Origin: a virus
Reading direction: 5' to 3' (one strand)
DNA: 64,000 nt
Virus record (IMG/VR): IMGVR_UViG_3300027754_000044
Shown here: in pieces, positions 61,411 through 64,000 of the stretch
Position numbering within the stretch: position 1 is the first letter of the stretch
How the letters are laid out: each line of letters begins with the position of its first letter
Notes under the pieces: generated by a model
Told to the model about the DNA's origin: nothing
What the model saw: the letters and a program-made list of their open reading frames with translations, nothing else
Databases searched by the model: none
Program-made: the position numbers and the translations under genes

Positions 61411-63912
61411 TTAAAAAAAGTTTTCTAGAGACGAAATCGGTTCTTCTTTCCAATGAATCACGTTCAATATAGATCTCAGTGGATCTAGAAATGCCTTCTC
61501 AAATTGTAAATCGTAGTCAATGTATGCGTTCATTTTAAATTCTTTTGGAAGAACAGATACGATCGATAAAATATTCTCCTGCAATGGATTTGGCATTTTC
61601 ATGTAGCAGTATTTTATTTTCTCGCCATCCTTGATCGACTCATATTTCTTTGTTAGCTTGTAATCTTTCAGAGCTTTATTGAAGGATATCGCACCACGAA
61701 CTGCAATTGGTATAGCTTTCGTTTCCTTAGAATAATATTGAACATTCTGAACGCTTCTCGGAAACGATATATCCTCAAATGGTAGAGTTTTAAACTTCTT
61801 CTTAAACTCTTTGATGTGTTCTTGAATACGTTCTTCGCTATGATTCATGATAATATTCAGCGATTCCGTTAAGGCTACTCTACAACTAGACGGAGTCGAC
61901 GATTTAACAGTTTCTACGCCCATCATTTTCAATTTTGGTTTTTCGTAACGAACGCCTTCACTATCATAAACATTCAGGATATATCTTTTCTTAGCTGTCC
62001 ATATTCCTCTATCGGCGATAACTTCTCGCTTCATGTTCATTTTCTGTTGGAACGCACCACACCTTTTAGCAAGTTTCTCATAAATATCATCAATGACAGG
62101 TTCAAACTTCTCACGTGCAACCCTATCCAAGAATTCGACAATTCTTTCTTTAGAAATATCGTCTCTATCCTTGAACACACTTCGCACAAGCCCACCAAAA
62201 GTAATATATAAGCTGTCTGTATCGGACGCAATAACATAATCAATATCATTTGTTTTTAATAATCTATTTATATAGATATTCAAATGATTTTCTGCCCAAC
62301 GAATAGCCAACTGACCACCCATGGTAATTGCAGTTGCGTGATCTATGTCGAAGAATCTAAAGTATTGATTACCAATCGCGCCATAAGCACTATTCAGTTG
62401 AACCTTTCTAGCCAACTGGATATTTTTGAAGCGTGATATTTCTTTAGAATACTTTTTCTTCTCTTCTGGAGTTTTTGCTACTTCGTATTTCTTTTGAGAA
62501 GCGATCATCTTCTCTTTATAGATCGTTCTATCTGCATAGAGCCTTTCCATAATCTCAGGAAGAAACCCCTGCTTATCATTCTTAAAATAACTACCATTTG
62601 GTGCAAGACAATATCCATTGATAAGAGGAAGCTGACTATCACTTAAGAATTCATCTATCGTGATGTTAGCTTTTTTACCCTTGAGCATAGTTTCTGGAGA
62701 AATATTATACTGCATGATCAAGTGTGGATACAATGAATTCAAGTCAAAAGACATTACCCAGTCACTCGATCCTACTTGTGGATCCTTAACATACGCACCA
62801 ATAAACTGCTCTGATTTGTGTCCTCCACCAGAAAGAGGAATGGCGATCTTCTTTTTATATAGATGATTGTGAATGATAACATCCCACATCTTAACCTGTG
62901 TAAAGGTATCTGCCATATTAACTTTAGCATCATACGCCAGAGTTAATACCATCTCAATAAGTTTCATCTTATCGTCTAGCTTATCTACAAGCTCAACGTC
63001 TCGAATATTATAATTGATGTAATTGACGAAATCGTTTTCATAGAAGTCGTGAATAGTTTCATAGCCTAGTTCGTGGAAATCTAATTTCTTTTCACCAAGT
63101 TCAACAAATGCTATATGATCTAGACGATATGATTCTTGTTGTGTGTATGTAAATTTCCTATACATCTCTAGATAATCAAGGACGGCAACACCTACGATGG
63201 TTATCAGTATGTGTTCCTTTCCCATAACTTTAGTGGTTTTCTCATTCACATGCTTCCATGGCGAAAGGCGTTTACATTCTTTTTCATCTAGAACATTACG
63301 AATACGATTTACCAGATACGGAATATCAAAGAAAGATACATTCCATCCAGTCAAAATATCTGGCACTCCATAGCGTTCCCATTCATCCAAGAATGCCATC
63401 AGCAGATGTCTTTCATTCTTACAATGGATATACTTTACATCGTCGCGTTCTGGTTCATAATTATTACAACCAAACACATAGAAAGTTTTGTCTTTTTTGA
63501 GCGTGATTGCAGTAATTTCTTCGCTCGCAGAATTTACGTTTGGAAATCCATTTCCGGCATAGACCTCAATATCGATATTAGCGATTCGAATTCTATCAAT
63601 ATCGTATACAACTTCATTTCGATATTCTTCATTCAGCCACGCATATTCGTATCTGGAAAATCCATAGATTGGAAATCCAGTAACGTCTTTATAATTGTCG
63701 ATGAAGTTTTTAGCTTCTGTAACAGAATCGAACTCTAATGGTTCTAGAGCTTGCCCTTCGATACTAGACCAAAACGCTTCTGATTTATTTTTGGCTGGAA
63801 TAAATAGTTTTGGTTTATAGTGTATCTTTTTAGAGAATGCCCCGCCGTCATCATATCCACGAACAAGAACATTATCGCCCCACAGAATAGCTGATGTGTA
63901 AAATTTGCTCAA
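61411..63912 (-). CDS. gp43: family B DNA polymerase (TTG start)
   Basis: DIE, GWN..FFD, SFDLNSLYP, KVQLNSAYG, ASDTDS, KKRY. Confidence 0.98.
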   Translation of the reverse strand: MSKFYTSAILWGDNVLVRGYDDGGAFSKKIHYKPKLFIPAKNKSEAFWSSIEGQALEPLEFDSVTEAKNFIDNYKDVTGFPIYGFSRYEYAWLNEEYRNEVVYDIDRIRIANIDIEVYAGNGFPNVNSASEEITAITLKKDKTFYVFGCNNYEPERDDVKYIHCKNERHLLMAFLDEWERYGVPDILTGWNVSFFDIPYLVNRIRNVLDEKECKRLSPWKHVNEKTTKVMGKEHILITIVGVAVLDYLEMYRKFTYTQQESYRLDHIAFVELGEKKLDFHELGYETIHDFYENDFVNYINYNIRDVELVDKLDDKMKLIEMVLTLAYDAKVNMADTFTQVKMWDVIIHNHLYKKKIAIPLSGGGHKSEQFIGAYVKDPQVGSSDWVMSFDLNSLYPHLIMQYNISPETMLKGKKANITIDEFLSDSQLPLINGYCLAPNGSYFKNDKQGFLPEIMERLYADRTIYKEKMIASQKKYEVAKTPEEKKKYSKEISRFKNIQLARKVQLNSAYGAIGNQYFRFFDIDHATAITMGGQLAIRWAENHLNIYINRLLKTNDIDYVIASDTDSLYITFGGLVRSVFKDRDDISKERIVEFLDRVAREKFEPVIDDIYEKLAKRCGAFQQKMNMKREVIADRGIWTAKKRYILNVYDSEGVRYEKPKLKMMGVETVKSSTPSSCRVALTESLNIIMNHSEERIQEHIKEFKKKFKTLPFEDISFPRSVQNVQYYSKETKAIPIAVRGAISFNKALKDYKLTKKYESIKDGEKIKYCYMKMPNPLQENILSIVSVLPKEFKMNAYIDYDLQFEKAFLDPLRSILNVIHWKEEPISSLENFF

Positions 63913-63942
63913 AGTATTCCCAATAAGTCATTATCATATAGT

Positions 63943-63971
63943 ATTATACTTCATCTACATCAAAATGTAAA
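63943..63971 (-). promoter_or_regulatory. sigma70-type promoter for gp43
   Basis: TTTACA-17-TATAAT. Confidence 0.75.
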
Positions 63972-64000
63972 GGCCTATTTTGTAAATGGTAGGATATTTC

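Noticed and set aside
62265-62272. TATAAATA inside gp43
   Set aside because: Mid-gene and far from any start; expected by chance in AT-rich DNA.
37887-63912. Introns or inteins in nrdA, nrdB, primase, helicase, uvsX or polymerase
   Set aside because: All are uninterrupted and of normal length, with no intein motifs seen.

Overview
A 64-kb segment of a large, AT-rich, lytic T4-like (Tevenvirinae/Kyanoviridae-style) myophage. The host is a Gram-negative bacterium, since the segment encodes spanins, CsgG and a TorF/Gcw_chp-type porin; an aquatic betaproteobacterium is a guess. Most genes are on the minus strand. Core replication and nucleotide genes are gp43 polymerase, uvsX, gp41 helicase, gp61 primase, gp30 ligase, rnh, nrdA/nrdB, thyX and dCMP deaminase. 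Regulatory sites are 14 sigma70-type promoters, all with a 17-bp spacer, and several T4 late promoters (TATAAATA). Accessory content: (i) a JBP/TET-family dioxygenase coupled to a GT-B glycosyltransferase; (ii) a ColD/ColC-like GDP-colitose pair, a GT11-like transferase and further glycosyltransferases; (iii) a late, plus-strand operon of nuclease, CsgF, CsgG, curlin-like protein, FecR and CHASE2 adenylate cyclase; (iv) a 26-tRNA array covering all 20 amino acids, with several non-tRNA structured RNAs; (v) late genes with T4 capsid-targeting-like N-termini. The strongest candidates for undescribed systems are four RNA cassettes in the tRNA array that share one RNase III-like closing helix, and a 1256-aa apparent polyprotein whose modules are joined by repeated EEVEQMDE / KKQGVxE linkers. 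All calls come from motif reading by eye; no searches or folding programs were run.
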